Shown: piece by piece, positions 18,573 through 20,000 of the stretch
Layout of the letters: every line of letters begins with the position of its first letter
Numbering within the stretch: position 1 is the first letter of the stretch
Assembly (NCBI GenBank): GCA_043820105.1
Contig: JBDREC010000039.1
Location: 49,793-69,792, forward strand
Length of the DNA: 20,000 nucleotides
Direction of reading: 5' to 3'
DNA from: Pseudomonadota bacterium
Lineage (GTDB): Bacteria; Bdellovibrionota_F; JAHFAK01; JBDREC01
The notes under the pieces: generated by a model
What the model saw: the letters and a program-made list of their open reading frames with translations, nothing else
What the model was told of the DNA's origin: nothing
Database searches by the model: none
Position numbers and translations under genes: made by a program

Positions 18573-18618
18573 CATTTATTAAGTTAAAACTTGTGGATTT
18601 TTTGTGGACTTGTAAAAA
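18573..18618. repeat. 46-bp exact duplicate (copy B), putative enhancer/UAS
   Basis: Identical to 15300-15345, with the same 59-nt offset from the sigma-54 site. Confidence 0.9.
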
Positions 18619-18695
18619 ATATTTTGAAATAGGAAAAATGTGCACCAAAACTGTGATTGACTTTGTTTTTTATTACAATGTCACCTTAACAAAAC

Positions 18696-19999
18696 CTAGG
18701 GTAAAGGTTTAGTTCCTAAGAAATATCCTATAGCTAGTCTAACAACTTCATCAGCTTTTTTAGTTTCAACTACAGTTCCAGAACGGTGGTAATGACCTCC
18801 ACCACCTAAAGCAAGTGCAACAGTTCTACAATTTGCAGGAGCATCTTGATTATTATGATTTCGATCGGTGGATAAGAAGTATATAACTGATCTTCCGTTA
18901 TCAAGTTCTTGTATGAAAATTATTGTAGCTTCTTGTCCCGAGCTTTCTAATTTGGAAAGTGTTAATTTTAAAACAGGATCAATAATATTTATTCCTGATT
19001 CGATTTTATGCACAATTATTGTTTTATCCTGACTAATCGATTTTCCTAGAACTATTGAAGCTTGTAAACTAGAAATAGTTACTTTTGGTGTATCTTCTGT
19101 AGCTTTTGCAAAGGCTAAATCAGCATTTGATTTAATATCACTTTCTATTGTTTGATAATATTCAAAAAGGTCAGAATATTCAGTTTTCATTATTTTTAGA
19201 AAAGCTTCAGCACTTTGAGCTTGGCTAATAGCTTGAACTAATCTAACTCTTCTTTGTGCTATCTGCTCCTCTGTTTCACCTCTTTTTTCTGCTTGTCCAA
19301 GAGCATTTAGCATATCAGCAGCTTTTTGGCGATTTGAGCTGTCTCTTGCTAAGCCCATGTCTCCTCTTAAACCAACCTCTTCTTGCCATGATTCGGATAA
19401 GTCGAATAACTTTGTCACAAAAGCACTATTTGATCTTTGCCATCTTGGTTGATTAGCAGGATCTGGTATTGGATTTGGATTTGCTAGAAATTTCCATTGT
19501 TTAACCCATGGTTCATCTGGAACACCATGATGATCTAAGTAAATAAGGGTCGCTTTAAGTTTCTGCAGAGCTTGCATTTTTTTGGAATCAACATTATCTG
19601 AAGTATTATTTAGGTCGGTTGAAACAACTGCATCCGGATGAAAATTCGAAATTTCTTCTAGCTGACTATTTGTAGGAAATCTATCTCTAGTATTTATAGG
19701 TATAAATAAAAAAGATTTGCCTGTACCTGTTCCTTGGAGTTCAATAATTCTTTTTAGCATAGACGCAGATGTGATTCCATCAGCATCAGCATGAAATAAA
19801 ACAACTATTTTTTCTGCTTTTTTATTTCATTATATAGGATATCTTTCTGTCTAGTTAATAAATCTATCTGCTCCCAATAAAGATTAGCACTATTAAATGT
19901 GGCGTTATGTTCAACTAGCTTGCTTGCCCAATCCTTTCTTGCTTCAGGATTATAAACTTTACTGCCTCCACATAAAATCCCTTTCATTCTAAACAAAGA
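18696..19999 (-). pseudogene. DHH/DHHA1 family phosphoesterase split by a -1 frameshift near 19817-19823; 5' end lies outside the window
   Basis: The frame upstream of ATG 19760 reads KAEKIVVLFHADADGITSASM (DHH motif I); also STDLN, LDHH and GGGGHYHRSG. The N-terminal part (19805->19999) is in another frame. Confidence 0.75.
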
Positions 20000-20000
20000 C

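Noticed and set aside
18521-18712. 63-aa plus-strand ORF
   Set aside because: It spans the duplicated regulatory module, has no SD, and is not preserved in the other copy.

Overview
AT-rich bacterial chromosomal window. The Myxococcota-like HU, the MXAN_5187-type protein, the split atp operon and the sigma-54 promoters suggest a Deltaproteobacteria/Myxococcota/Bdellovibrionota-like lineage (inference). 1-13.7 kb is housekeeping: PLP aminotransferase, tRNA-Arg(UCU), HU, 4-OT tautomerase, a minus-strand operon (M24 peptidase-DUF4416-yicC-gmk-leuC/hacA-leuD/hacB) and atpF'FHAGDC. 13.7-20 kb is accessory: two secreted repeat proteins (MORN; RCC1 lipoprotein) behind a duplicated sigma-54/IHF/enhancer module, a gene remnant, and a frameshifted DHH phosphoesterase. 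Two observations stand out. (1) A cassette of two head-to-head four-helix-bundle (IVP/bAvd-like) paralogues is joined by a perfect 25-bp inverted repeat carrying both Shine-Dalgarno sequences, and is bracketed by direct GATTAR hexamer arrays. (2) The intergenic spaces carry many short tandem arrays, including four copies of a ~72-bp element made of 4 heptamers + spacer + 4 inverted heptamers. Together these may be a repeat-associated selfish system and its footprints (hypothesis).
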